From Myxococcales bacterium (lineage in GTDB: Bacteria; Myxococcota_A; Polyangia; Polyangiales; DASUME01): DNA of 64,000 nt. Of the stretch, positions 37,788 through 48,131 are shown in pieces. Both the position numbers and the translations under genes were made by a program. Every line of letters begins with the position of its first letter. Position 1 is the first letter of the stretch. The notes under the pieces were generated by a model. The model was not told where the DNA came from and ran no database searches. It saw only the letters and a program-made list of their open reading frames with translations. The stretch lies in NCBI GenBank assembly GCA_047601445.1, contig JASGJH010000001.1, positions 704,001 through 768,000 of the forward strand. Direction: 5' to 3'.

Positions 37788-38615
37788 GTGCCAGGAGAGA
37801 ACCCGATGGTCGAGTCAGGTTCGTCGACGTCTGCAGTCGGCGCAGGGCCGGAGCAAGGCGCCCAGGGCAGACCGCTAATCCTGCTGTCGAACGACGACGG
37901 AGTGCACGCGGAGGGGCTGCACAAGCTGCGCCTGGCACTGCGCGAGATCGCCGACGTGTTCGTGGTGGCGCCGGCCTCCGAGCAGAGCGCCACGAGCCAC
38001 CGCATTACCCTGGCCGAGCCGCTGCGGCATCGGGACCTCGGACATGATGTGCACATGGTGGATGGCAGCCCCGCCGATTGCATCTACGTGGCGCTGAATC
38101 TGGGTGGACTGTTGCCGCGTCGTCCGAACCTCGTTGTGAGCGGCATCAACCACGGGTTCAACCTGGGCATGGACGTGATTTACTCGGGCACCGTGGCGGC
38201 GGCTCGCGAGGGGGCGCTGCGCGGCATTCCGGCGCTTGCGATCTCTGCCGATCCCCAGGCAGACATGTCTGTGGCCGCGACCCACAGCGTGCCGCTCGTG
38301 CAGCGCTTGCTCGAGGCGCCTCGGCCCGAGGGGGCCGCTCCGCTGCTTAACGTGAACTTCCCTGCCGGCTCTCCGCGCGGCGTACTCGCGACGCGCCTGG
38401 GCAAGCGCGACTACGAAGATCGCGTGGAGGTTCGCAGCGATCCGCGCGGGCGCCGCTATTACTGGGTCGGTGGCCCAGCGGTCGTTCACGACGGCAGCGA
38501 AGGCGCCGACACCACCGCGGTCGACCTGGGCTACGTGTCGGTCACGCCGCTGTCGCTCGAGATGACCCAAGCCGCCCACGCTCCCTTGGCGCTTTGGATT
38601 GCAGGGCAGCGCTAG
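37788..38615 (+). CDS. surE: 5'/3'-nucleotidase SurE
   Basis: LLSNDDG, EQSATSH, GSPADC, SGINHG, YSGTVAAA; start uncertain. Confidence 0.95.
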   Translation: MPGENPMVESGSSTSAVGAGPEQGAQGRPLILLSNDDGVHAEGLHKLRLALREIADVFVVAPASEQSATSHRITLAEPLRHRDLGHDVHMVDGSPADCIYVALNLGGLLPRRPNLVVSGINHGFNLGMDVIYSGTVAAAREGALRGIPALAISADPQADMSVAATHSVPLVQRLLEAPRPEGAAPLLNVNFPAGSPRGVLATRLGKRDYEDRVEVRSDPRGRRYYWVGGPAVVHDGSEGADTTAVDLGYVSVTPLSLEMTQAAHAPLALWIAGQR

Positions 38616-38672
38616 TCGGAGCAAGTCTTGCGGGAGCGCGCTCGCGGTGCGCGCGCAAGCGAGGCATGTGTC

Positions 38673-39203
38673 GTGACCGATCTCCGCCTGGAACGCCTGA
38701 AAATGCTGATCCGCGATGTCCCGGACTTCCCCAAGCCTGGCGTCGTGTTCAAGGACATCACCCCCGTGCTCGCCGCGCCGGCCGCTTTTCGAGACGTGAT
38801 CGAGCTGATGGCGGAGCCTTACTTGCAGTCGGACGTCGACGCGGTGCTGGGCATCGAATCGCGCGGCTTCATGTTTGGGGCGCCGCTGGCACTGCAGCTC
38901 GGGGCGGCCTTCGTCCCCGTGCGCAAGCCTGGCAAGTTGCCCCGCGCCGCCAATCGCGTGCAGTACGCGCTGGAATACGGCAGCGATGCTCTGGAGATCC
39001 ACCTCGACGCGCTGGAGCGAGGCGCCCGCGTCTTGATCGTGGATGACGTGATCGCGACGGGGGGCACAGCAGCCGCGGCGGCGCAGCTGGCCACCCTGGC
39101 GGGAGCCCACGTGCTCGGGGCTACTTTCTTGATGGAGCTCGCATTCTTGGAGGGCAGGGCCCGGCTGGGGGATGTCCCCATGAGCGCACTGCTGCGCTAC
39201 TGA
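38673..39203 (+). CDS. apt: Adenine phosphoribosyltransferase
   Basis: PDFPKPGVVFKDITP, ESRGF, RKPGKLP, VDDVIATGGT. Confidence 0.95.
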   Translation: MTDLRLERLKMLIRDVPDFPKPGVVFKDITPVLAAPAAFRDVIELMAEPYLQSDVDAVLGIESRGFMFGAPLALQLGAAFVPVRKPGKLPRAANRVQYALEYGSDALEIHLDALERGARVLIVDDVIATGGTAAAAAQLATLAGAHVLGATFLMELAFLEGRARLGDVPMSALLRY

Positions 39204-39289
39204 GTGCGTCCCTGGGATGTCCGTCGTGGGCGTTCCCAACGTGCGCGTCCTGGTCGTTCCGAGAAGCAGATGTTATAGGTGCCGCCGCC

Positions 39290-39366
39290 GCTCCCGTAGC
39301 TCAGCTGGATAGAGCAGTCGCTTCCTAAGCGAAAGGTCCCAGGTTCGAATCCCGGCGGGAGCGCCA
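39290..39366 (+). tRNA. tRNA-Arg(CCT)
   Basis: GCTCCCG/CGGGAGC acceptor, TCGC-TTCCTAA-GCGA anticodon arm, GGTTCGAATCC, encoded CCA. Confidence 0.95.
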
Positions 39367-39395
39367 ATCACGAGCAGTGTTCGAGCTGCTGCTCG

Positions 39396-42300
39396 TTACA
39401 ATTGCTCGAGCAGGCCCACCCTGGACTTCGCGAGACTCAACGCGCGCCGATTTTCGGGTACATCGTTGAGGAATCTGCGTCGCATGGCGGGGTCGCTGAT
39501 CTTGGCGGCGCGCTCGGACAGCCAGGCGTGGCTCGATGCTACGAGCTGGTCGGCAGCTTCGGTCTTGGCTGCGGCGAGCAAGCACTCGATGCGCGCATTG
39601 CAGATCGTCATTCGCAGATCCGGGTAGGCGTCACCTTCAAGGGCTGCGCTGCCTTTCGCTGACGCGAGGTCGGCTTCCGAGATGCGGCCGAGTGCGAGCA
39701 GCACTCGAGAGTGCACGCTCGAGGTGTAGGCGTCGGCGTCGGGCGCAGTCTCGGGCAGAACAACAGCAAGCGCGCGTTGGCACGAGCGATCGGCTTCCTC
39801 GAGCTTTCCTTGCGCTAGCTGCGCTTCGGCGAGATGAGCGAGGGAGAACGCGTGCTCTCGGTGCATGCTTGGCCAGATGGCAAGGCCATCGGCGGAGGCT
39901 CGTAGGTAGTCCATGGCTTCGGTCAAGCGTCCTGTGTGCAATGCACATAAGCCAAGATTCTGCTGGTACATGACCCGATGCACAGCGGTCGAGCTCGGGG
40001 CCTCCAGTGCCTGGGCCAGGACGTCTTCGGCCTCGAAATACGCTCCGACCAAGAGGAGCCAGTAGCCTAGGTCGACAAAGGCAAGACTGAGCTCGTATGC
40101 CGCTCCTGCATCCTGAAACAGCGTCAGGGCCCTCTGCCCGTGCGCTATCGCGCTGCCGAGGTCACCCGCAAATCCTGCTGCCATCATGCACGCGCTTAGG
40201 GCATATCCGCGCGCGCGCAGCGAGTTTTCCGGAACGTGCACGGATAGTGTTGCCGCCAACAGGCGCTTCGCTAGCTCCTTGTTGCCAAGGATGAACATCG
40301 TGCGGGTCAAGGCGCCAAAAGCGATGGCTGCTTCGTAGATTGCGTCTGCCGGATCGAGGACATTCAACATTTCCGCACAGACACTCTCCATGCCCGGCAA
40401 ATCTTCACGTGCGAGCATGGCCTCTGCCAATGCGAGGGACGCGCGCCACCAACCCTCTGCCCCTACGGGCAGCAGTTCGCGGGCTCTCACCGCCCATGAG
40501 TGGGCCTTGTCGTCCTTCAACTGCCAGGCGAACGCGTGCGCGACCATCGCGCTGACCTCACCGAGTGCTCGCCCGTCGAGGCCACATGCCACGGCTCGCT
40601 TGCCGAGCTCTTCCAGGTCGGCCCATAAGTTCGTTTCGAACGCGCGAGCGACGGCCCTGGCGTAGGCCTGTGCGGCCCGTTCACGGGCCCCACCTCGATT
40701 CGAAATGCTCCGCCAGTACGGCTGGTTCGGTTACGCCCAGGGACTCGAGCCAGTCGCCTCCCAAACGATGGGCCAGGCTGCGCTCGCTTTCGGTGAGGAG
40801 GGCATAGGCCGCGTCGCGCACCAGAGCGTGGCGAAAGCCGTATTCGTTGGCATCACCGTCTCCGCGCACGAACACCAGCTCGCGTTCCACCAGGACGGTC
40901 AGCCAGCCCCTGAGATCGAAGCGCTTCGCTTGCGGTCCGAGTAGTGCAGTCACGCCGTCCGCTCGGAACTCGGCACCAAACACACTGGCAATACGCAGCA
41001 CGAGCTTGGCGTCTTCGCCAAGGGCGTCGAGGCGCGCTTGAATCGCGGCCAAAATGCTGTCGGGCAAGGAGTCGCCTGACTGACCCGCGCCGCCACTGCG
41101 GATCAACTCTTCGAGGTAGAAGGGGTTCCCGTCCGCGCGCTCGATCAGTCCCTTGCGTTGTTCGAGGCCCAGCTCGGCCTCCGGAATGGCCGCCAGAAGC
41201 CGCTCGCAGGCGCGGGGATTGAGCTTGGGGAGACGGAGCGCCAGAACTTCGCGCTCGGTCCACAAGCGGGGGAATTTGTCGTGAATCTCGGGCCGAGCGA
41301 AGGCGACCAGCAGCAGCGGCTGTTCGGACTGCCGCAGGTTGGCTTCGAGAAATTGCAAGCTCGCCTGATCGGACCAGTGCAAGTCGTCCATCATGATCAC
41401 CACGGGACGCTTTTGGCACTCTGCGGAGAGAAAGTTGAGCCAGCTCGTAAGCATGCGCTTGGCCAGGAGCTGGGGGTCGCTGCGCGCCATCTCGAGATCG
41501 GAGCCCGCGGCACAGGGAAAGGACAAGCCGAGCATCTCTCCGAAGTACTCGCTGACTTGCTGGGCCCGTGCGGCGGGTAGCACGGACGCGACCCGTTCGT
41601 TCAGGCGGGTGCACTTGGTCGCCAGTGAGTCGCCGGCGACGATGCCCGCCAGGCTCGTTAGGGCGGGCGCGAGCGCGGAGAAGGGGGCGCCGCTTCGCAG
41701 CGCATCGCCTGCACCCGTGAGCAAGGTGAAGTCGGTTCCCGTCTTTCGCAGGCGCTGCATGAGCTCGAAGCGCAGTCGCGACTTGCCCGCGCCCGCGGGG
41801 GCGGTCACTAGCACGGCGCGCGTGACGTACTCGTCCACGCATTCCCGGAACAGCAGCTCGATTTGCCCTAGCTCTCGGTCGCGGCCCACGAAAGGAGTCA
41901 GTCGGCCGAGCAGGGTGCGCGGTGCCTCACCGCCGAAGCGAATGCGCTCGAGGAAATGGCGATTTCCGACGGACCGCAGCTCGAAGCGCGCCTCGAGCAA
42001 GGATACGCTGGCTTCATCGAGCCGGATCACGCCCTGGCCGGTTTCAACGAGCAGCCGGGCACCGTTCTCGAGCAGGCTCCCCATGGGCAGTCTACCCTCG
42101 ATCACGGCCCGCGCGGTCGTCACGACCAGAGGAGAGTCCGGCAAGAGCTCACGCAGGGCCAACGCGCAGTGCGCTGCCGCGATCGTCTGCTCGTGCAGCG
42201 CCTGGTAACGGTCGAGCAACAGCACGATGCTGCCATCAACGAGCCGCTCGTAGCGTGCGCCGTGGCGGTCGAGGAGGACGTCGAGAATTTGCGCGAGACG

Positions 42301-43258
42301 TTCGTCGGAGTACTCGTCCGTCTGCGCCGCGAACACCGCGCTCAGGACCCGTTGCTGGACACGCGGCCGCAGCGAGGGCACGTCGCTACCGCCCGCCCTC
42401 AGCTCCTCGCTCAGCAGGTCGATGGAGATGGCGGCCTCCGGGCCCGCCGCGTCGATGCGGCGCAGCTCGGCCCCGATCGCCGCATAGGAGGGACGGTTCG
42501 CTGCGACCTTCTGGAGCATGGTTCCGAGCAGGTGTCCGAGCGCGTCCGGCACCTTGGTGCGCAGGGAGCCGATGGCCGGGGGCTGCTCGAAACAGATCTT
42601 GGCCAGGGTCGCGAGCGCCGTATCGCTCTCGAAGGGGGAGACGCCACACATGCACTCGAAGAGCACGCTGCCGAGGGAGAACACGTCGGAGCTCACCTCG
42701 AGCGTTCGCAGGCCGCGCGCCTGCTCCGGGGACATATAGAGCGGGGTTCCGAGCACGACTCCGCTGCGTGTGAGCGCGTCGGCTTCGTCGACCCGTCGTG
42801 CCAGGCCGAAGTCGAGCAGCTTGGCGTCCGCGATGCGACCGGCCGGCAAGAAAATGTTCTCGGGCTTGACGTCCCGGTGGATCACGCCGCGCTGTGCAGC
42901 CGACGCCAGACCATCGACGATGCGCATGGCGAGGGTGACGAGGTCATCGAGCCGCAGCCAACCTTTGCGCAGCCGGGCCGCCAGGGTCTGGCCCTCCAGC
43001 CACTCCATGACCAGGTAGGGCTGACCGGTGACCGCGCTGCCGTGGGCGATGTAGCGCACAATGCTCGGGTGCTGCAGCTCCGCTAGGAGGGGCGACCTCA
43101 CGCTGAAAGCGTCCTTCGTCGACGCCACCTTTGCCGTGGAGGATCTTGACGGCCACGGGCTTGCCGTCGAAGAGGTCGCACGCACGGTAGACCGCTCCAA
43201 AGCCTCCGGACCCTACTTGCTCGGCAATTTCGAAGCGCTCGGCCAGCAGCAACGCCAT
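39396..43258 (-). CDS. Ser/Thr kinase - degenerate cyclase-like - STAND/AAA NTPase - TPR protein; two apparent +1 frameshifts (about 43090 and 40699)
   Basis: GSGGFGAVY, VAVK, HRDVKPEN, DFG, YMSPEQ; FVGRDREL, APAGAGKS, MMDDLHW, GNPFYLEE, FRHALVRDAAY; helical repeats; three ORF pieces join to about 1286 aa. Confidence 0.85.
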
Positions 43259-43354
43259 GGAATCAGCAGGAATGGTAGGCGATTTGGCCGGGGCCGAATA
43301 GCGCGCCCGGAGCAGGACCACAGGAATGCCTATGTAGGAGCTGCTCGTTACCGA

Positions 43355-44671
43355 CTAGTTCACGCTGCGCAGCAGCTCGAGCATCTTGTCGGCTTCCACG
43401 AATTCGGTGACGCGGGCATGTTCGTTTCCAGCGCTGTCGTGCAAAACCACCAGGGGCAGACCGCGCGCGCCATAGCCGCTGAGCCACTCGCGACCGCGCG
43501 CCACGTCGTGGCCGGGGCTGAGGTCGACCTTGACCTTCACGAAGCGCGAGATCTCGCTGATCACGCGTGGGTCGCTGAAGGTGTGGCGCTCGAGCTCGCC
43601 GCAGGCCTGACACCAGCTGGCACCAAAATCGATGAGCATGGGAGAAGCCGCCGCCTTGGCCTTGGCGCGTGCGCTCACCAGGTCGGCCTCCCAGCCCGAG
43701 TGCGTGGGCTTGGCTTCCAGGCGTCCGAGCATCAGCAGTGCACCGAGGCTCACCGCCGCGATGCCGAGGGTCTTGCGCGTGCGGTCGAGGCTGCCGCTCG
43801 AGAAGCTCAGGTGAATGGCGCCCAGCGCGAGGCCCGCGATGATGCAGCCCGCGGCCACATAGAGGAAGCCAGCGCTCGCGGTGATGGCCGTGTAGCCGGG
43901 CAACCACGCGCGCACGAAGTAGAGCGCCGACGCGATCATCACCAGGCCAAAGGTGCTCTTGACCCACTCCATCCAGCGTCCGCTCTTGGGCAGGGCCACC
44001 GCGAAGGTGCCCACGATCCAGAACAGCAGGCCCATGCCGAGCGAGTAGCTGATCATGCACGCCGCGCCGAAACCGATGTTGCCGGTGGTTCCGATCCACG
44101 GCAGCAGCAGCCCGAGCACGGGGCCCACGCAGGGCGCGGCGATCACCGAGCTGGCCATGCCGAGCACGAACGCCCCGCGGTAGCCAATGCCGCCCATATC
44201 GCTCAGCTTGGTGGTCAGGCTGTGGGGGAGGGCCAGTTCGAAGGCCCCAAACATCGAGAGTGCCATCGCCACGAACACGGCCGCGAGCCCGAAGGCGATC
44301 ACCGGATTCCCCAGTTCATCGCCGAACACGCCGCCGGTCAGGGCGGCGCCCACTCCGAGCACGCTGAAGAGCACCGTCATGCCCGCCACGAACGCCGTGG
44401 AGAGCAGCGCACCCTCCGCGCGGCTCTGGACCTTGCGTGCGCCGAAGACGCTGACCGTGATGGCGATCATCGGGTAGACGCACGGGGTGAGCGAGGTGGC
44501 GACGCCGGCGACGAACGAGAGCGCGAGCGCGCTACCGGTGCTGCCGCCCTCGAGGGCGCTGCGGAAGGCCGCCGCCATGCCGTCGTCGGCGTGGGCGAGG
44601 CTCGGGGCGAGTACGCCGAGGGCACCCAAGGCGTAGGCGAGCGAGCTGAAGAGGGAGACGAAGAGACGCAT
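43355..44671 (-). CDS. dsbD: DsbD/CcdA-type thiol:disulfide interchange protein with C-terminal thioredoxin domain
   Basis: SLTPCVYPMI, APCVGP, LPKSGRWM, FGASWCQAC. Confidence 0.88.
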   Translation of the reverse strand: MRLFVSLFSSLAYALGALGVLAPSLAHADDGMAAAFRSALEGGSTGSALALSFVAGVATSLTPCVYPMIAITVSVFGARKVQSRAEGALLSTAFVAGMTVLFSVLGVGAALTGGVFGDELGNPVIAFGLAAVFVAMALSMFGAFELALPHSLTTKLSDMGGIGYRGAFVLGMASSVIAAPCVGPVLGLLLPWIGTTGNIGFGAACMISYSLGMGLLFWIVGTFAVALPKSGRWMEWVKSTFGLVMIASALYFVRAWLPGYTAITASAGFLYVAAGCIIAGLALGAIHLSFSSGSLDRTRKTLGIAAVSLGALLMLGRLEAKPTHSGWEADLVSARAKAKAAASPMLIDFGASWCQACGELERHTFSDPRVISEISRFVKVKVDLSPGHDVARGREWLSGYGARGLPLVVLHDSAGNEHARVTEFVEADKMLELLRSVN

Positions 44672-44823
44672 CACTTGCCGTTTATAGCCTGAACCCGAGG
44701 CAGCACGTGTGCCTTCGCGGGTAGGGGCCCGCGCCCCCACTTGGATCGGCGGCTGGGGGACGGCGACCCCATCTCACTCGCACCTACGTCGCGAAACCAG
44801 GAGGGTTTCGGGCACCATCGCGT

Positions 44824-44839
44824 TGGCCCGAGCATTGCT
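44824..44839 (+). promoter_or_regulatory. Sigma54 (-24/-12) promoter
   Basis: TGGCCCG-AGCA-TTGCT matches TGGCACG-N4-TTGC; RBS GGAGG at 44867, ATG at 44878. Confidence 0.75.
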
Positions 44840-44877
44840 GTCTTGGGGCAGTGGTGGCTTGGGCTCGGAGGCTAAGC

Positions 44878-47163
44878 ATGGGTCGATTCCAAACGGTGCG
44901 ACGAGAACTAACCGGTCTATTGCTTGGCTCCCTGTTGTTGGGTGCGGGCGCTACGGGCTGTACGACGGAACCGAAGGACCAGAGCGTGTTGCCTGGCGTC
45001 AATTCGGTGGTGTTCGTGAAGCGTGCCTACCTCAAAGAGGACGGCAGTCACGAGGTCACGGGTGGCATGGGGCAGGTCTTCGACTACGACCGCTACAACC
45101 CCGGTGAGGGAGCGGGCCTGTTCGTGCTCACTCCACCGTCGCCGAACGGCAAGCTGCGCAACCTGACCGAGAACTTCAAGGGCGTGGACATCAACGGTCT
45201 CGACCTCTCGTTCGACGCGAAGAAGGTCGTGTTCTCGATGCGCACGGCGGATGACAACCGCTACCACATCTACGTGGCCAACGTGGACGGCACGGGTGCG
45301 GTCCGCCAGCTCACCATGCACGACGCCGACGACGTGCAGCCCATCTTCCTGGCCGGTGGACGCGTCGCCTTCGTGACGAACCAGCCCTTCACCGAGAGCG
45401 GCACTCGCGCGGACGAGTACAACCACGGCCGCCGCGTGACCCAGCTCGCCACCATCTCGGAGGCCGGCGGCGACGCAGATCGACGTCTGTGTTCGCAGAA
45501 CCTCTCCCACACCACGGGCCCTTTCGCCATGTCGAACGGCCTGGTGGGGTACTCGCGCTGGGAGCACTTGGGGCCGACCAACGACCTCAAGTTGTTCGCC
45601 ATGCGCCCCGATTGCACGCAGATGCGCGCCATTGCGGGCCAGCACGACAAGCCCTTCAACAGCCTGGTCCAGGTGCGCGAGACGGCGCCCGGCGAGTTCC
45701 TGGGCATCGCCACCACGCGCGAGGGCACCATCCAGTCGGGTGCTCTCATGCACGTGAGCGTGCCGCACCCGAACACCGGCGACGGCGCGGGCATCAACTT
45801 CTTCGACGAGCAGCGCGCGCGCTTCCAGAACCTCACGCTCAACGTGCCGATGGACATGACCTCGCCACCCTCGGGCGTGGGCCGCTATCGCTCGCCGCAC
45901 ATGCTGACTGGCACCGAGAAGGTGCTGGTCTCCTGGGCCGATGGCGACGTGAACGAGCGCAACGAGCTGGCGGGCACTGCGCCCAACTTCGGGCTCTATC
46001 TGTACGACCCGGGCAAGGGCAAGCGCGAGCTCGTGTACGACGACCCGTTGCTGTGGGACTTGTATGCCATCCCGGTGGTCGCGCGCGCGGAGCCCAACCC
46101 GCTGCCTGCGGTCAACGAGGGAACCTACGACCTCAGCATGCCGGCGACCATCGGCTCCATCGACGTGCGCAACACGTCGCTCTCGGAGACCGTATCGGGT
46201 GGCCAGCTCGACAACGTGGACCTCGGTGAAGCCCTCAAGCAAGCCCAGCGTGTGCGCGTGATCGAGGGCTTCTCCTCCGAGATCGGCAGCGTGGGTCAGT
46301 TTGGTCTCACGATGCACGAAGGTGCCGCCATCCTGGGCGAGCCGCGCGTGTACCCAGACGGTTCCTGGCGCGCGCAGGTGCCGCCGTACATTCCGATGCA
46401 CCTGCAGCCGATCGACCGCTTCGATCTGGCGATTCGGAATCAGCTCCTGTGGATCCAAGCCATGCCTGGCGAGAGCCGCGTATGTGGCGGCTGCCACGAG
46501 AACCGCACGGGCGCCGTGCAGGGTATGACCACCGTGGCCGAGCGCTTCACGGAAAACCTGGTGAAGCCCGCGGCCGAGCGTCTGGAGCTGCCCTGGTACG
46601 CAGCCACCACCGGAAAGAACGTGCAGGACGTGCTCGACGCCAAGTGCGTGAGCTGCCACGCGGGTGGCGCGAACGATCCCTTTGCTGGCCAGACCTATCG
46701 CGTGATCGTGACGGTCGAAGAGGGGCCGATGGAAGGCGAAATGCTGACCTACGACATCCCGATCCTCGACCTGTCGTCCAGACCCCTCACCGCGTACTAC
46801 GAGAAGGAAGCGGTGACCTATCCGGCCTCGTACATCAGCTTGCTGTTCCCGTCGGCGATGATGGGTGAGATTCGCGTGGAGGGAGCGCCCGTGGAATGGG
46901 TGGTCCCGGGCAACGCGCGCGCCAGCCGCTTCATCGCCAAGCTCAACGTCAACGCGGTGCAGTATCAGGACGGCGCCGATGGCAAGCCGGTGCTGACCGA
47001 GACCGATGAGTGGGCGTTCCCTGGCAAGGGGCACCCCGAGGACAAGGGCGTGACGCTGACGCGTGAGGAGCGCCTGACCCTGATTCGCTCGATCGACTTG
47101 GGTGGTCAGTACTACTCGCGGCGCAACGTCCAGGGCGCAGGCGAAATGATCTACGAACCGTGA
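44878..47163 (+). CDS. Hydrazine synthase alpha-like lipoprotein (TolB/PD40 propeller, HZS-alpha middle domain, 2 CXXCH)
   Basis: Lipobox GATGC, LSFDAKKVVFS, YSRWEH, DGSWRAQVPP..PMHLQPID, PGESRVCGGCHE, CVSCH. Confidence 0.75.
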   Translation: MGRFQTVRRELTGLLLGSLLLGAGATGCTTEPKDQSVLPGVNSVVFVKRAYLKEDGSHEVTGGMGQVFDYDRYNPGEGAGLFVLTPPSPNGKLRNLTENFKGVDINGLDLSFDAKKVVFSMRTADDNRYHIYVANVDGTGAVRQLTMHDADDVQPIFLAGGRVAFVTNQPFTESGTRADEYNHGRRVTQLATISEAGGDADRRLCSQNLSHTTGPFAMSNGLVGYSRWEHLGPTNDLKLFAMRPDCTQMRAIAGQHDKPFNSLVQVRETAPGEFLGIATTREGTIQSGALMHVSVPHPNTGDGAGINFFDEQRARFQNLTLNVPMDMTSPPSGVGRYRSPHMLTGTEKVLVSWADGDVNERNELAGTAPNFGLYLYDPGKGKRELVYDDPLLWDLYAIPVVARAEPNPLPAVNEGTYDLSMPATIGSIDVRNTSLSETVSGGQLDNVDLGEALKQAQRVRVIEGFSSEIGSVGQFGLTMHEGAAILGEPRVYPDGSWRAQVPPYIPMHLQPIDRFDLAIRNQLLWIQAMPGESRVCGGCHENRTGAVQGMTTVAERFTENLVKPAAERLELPWYAATTGKNVQDVLDAKCVSCHAGGANDPFAGQTYRVIVTVEEGPMEGEMLTYDIPILDLSSRPLTAYYEKEAVTYPASYISLLFPSAMMGEIRVEGAPVEWVVPGNARASRFIAKLNVNAVQYQDGADGKPVLTETDEWAFPGKGHPEDKGVTLTREERLTLIRSIDLGGQYYSRRNVQGAGEMIYEP

Positions 47164-47180
47164 AGGAAGGGAGGAAGACC

Positions 47181-48086
47181 ATGAACAAGCTCCAAGCATC
47201 GTTGTCGTTCGCCGTCCTGGCTCTGGCCCTTTCGCAGGGCGCCGAGGCCGAGGCCCAGCAGATCCCCGATACGCGCGAATACAGCCGTCGCGGCGAGATC
47301 AGCCCCAACACCACGGCTCCCAGCATCGCGCAGATGATCGCCACCATTCAGAGCGGTTCACCCGAGAGCCTCAAGGCCACGCTGGAGTACGGCGAGCGGG
47401 TGGTGTGCCAGGAGTGCGTGCCGCTGCTCGAGAAGAAGTTGCTCGATAGCGGCGTGCCGCGTGTGCGCGAGATGAGCGCCTGGTGGCTGCGGCGCCAGCC
47501 CTTCGCGGCGCCCGCGCTGGTGATGCGCCTGCGCAAGCTGGTGCGCACCGACGCCGACCCGGTCAGGCGGGCGAGGGCGGCCGAGGCGCTCGGCGAGTTC
47601 ATGGATCCGTTCGCGGTGGGCGAGCTGTCCGACGCCGCCATGGCCGACACCGATCCCAAGGTGCGTGTGGCCGCCGTGCACGCGATTGCTCGGCTGAACA
47701 ACGACGCGGGCTTCGCCGTGCTGACGGACACCCTGAGCGATGCCGACACCACCGTGAAGATCGCCACGCTCGACGAGCTGGTCAACATCGGAGCCTTCCG
47801 CGACCACGGAGCACTGATTGCGCTGCTGGGCGACACGAACGCCGAGGTGCGCACACGGGCTGCCCGGCTGTGCGGCGAGTACCGTGTGGCCGAGGCTCAA
47901 ACCACGCTGATCGCGATGTTGGAGGGCGATTCGGCCTCTCAGGCACGCAAGGCGGCGGCCTGGGCGCTGGGCCGGGTAGGGGCCGCGGAAGGACAATCCG
48001 CGCTCGCCGAGGCCTCGGGTCGGGAGCAGGAACAGGGTGTGCTCGACGCCATCAGAATCGCCCAGCGCATGCCGCTAAGACTCTGA
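47181..48086 (+). CDS. Secreted HEAT-repeat protein
   Basis: Signal peptide; repeats DPVRRARAAEALG, DPKVRVAAVHAIA, NAEVRTRAARLCG, ARKAAAWALG; CQEC. Confidence 0.85.
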   Translation: MNKLQASLSFAVLALALSQGAEAEAQQIPDTREYSRRGEISPNTTAPSIAQMIATIQSGSPESLKATLEYGERVVCQECVPLLEKKLLDSGVPRVREMSAWWLRRQPFAAPALVMRLRKLVRTDADPVRRARAAEALGEFMDPFAVGELSDAAMADTDPKVRVAAVHAIARLNNDAGFAVLTDTLSDADTTVKIATLDELVNIGAFRDHGALIALLGDTNAEVRTRAARLCGEYRVAEAQTTLIAMLEGDSASQARKAAAWALGRVGAAEGQSALAEASGREQEQGVLDAIRIAQRMPLRL

Positions 48087-48131
48087 TCGCACTCCGAATC
48101 CCGATACAATCCCCGGGTGCATCCGAGTTCC

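Noticed and set aside
39290..43300. Integrated prophage or genomic island at tRNA-Arg
   Set aside because: No integrase, phage gene or duplicated tRNA 3' end seen in the window
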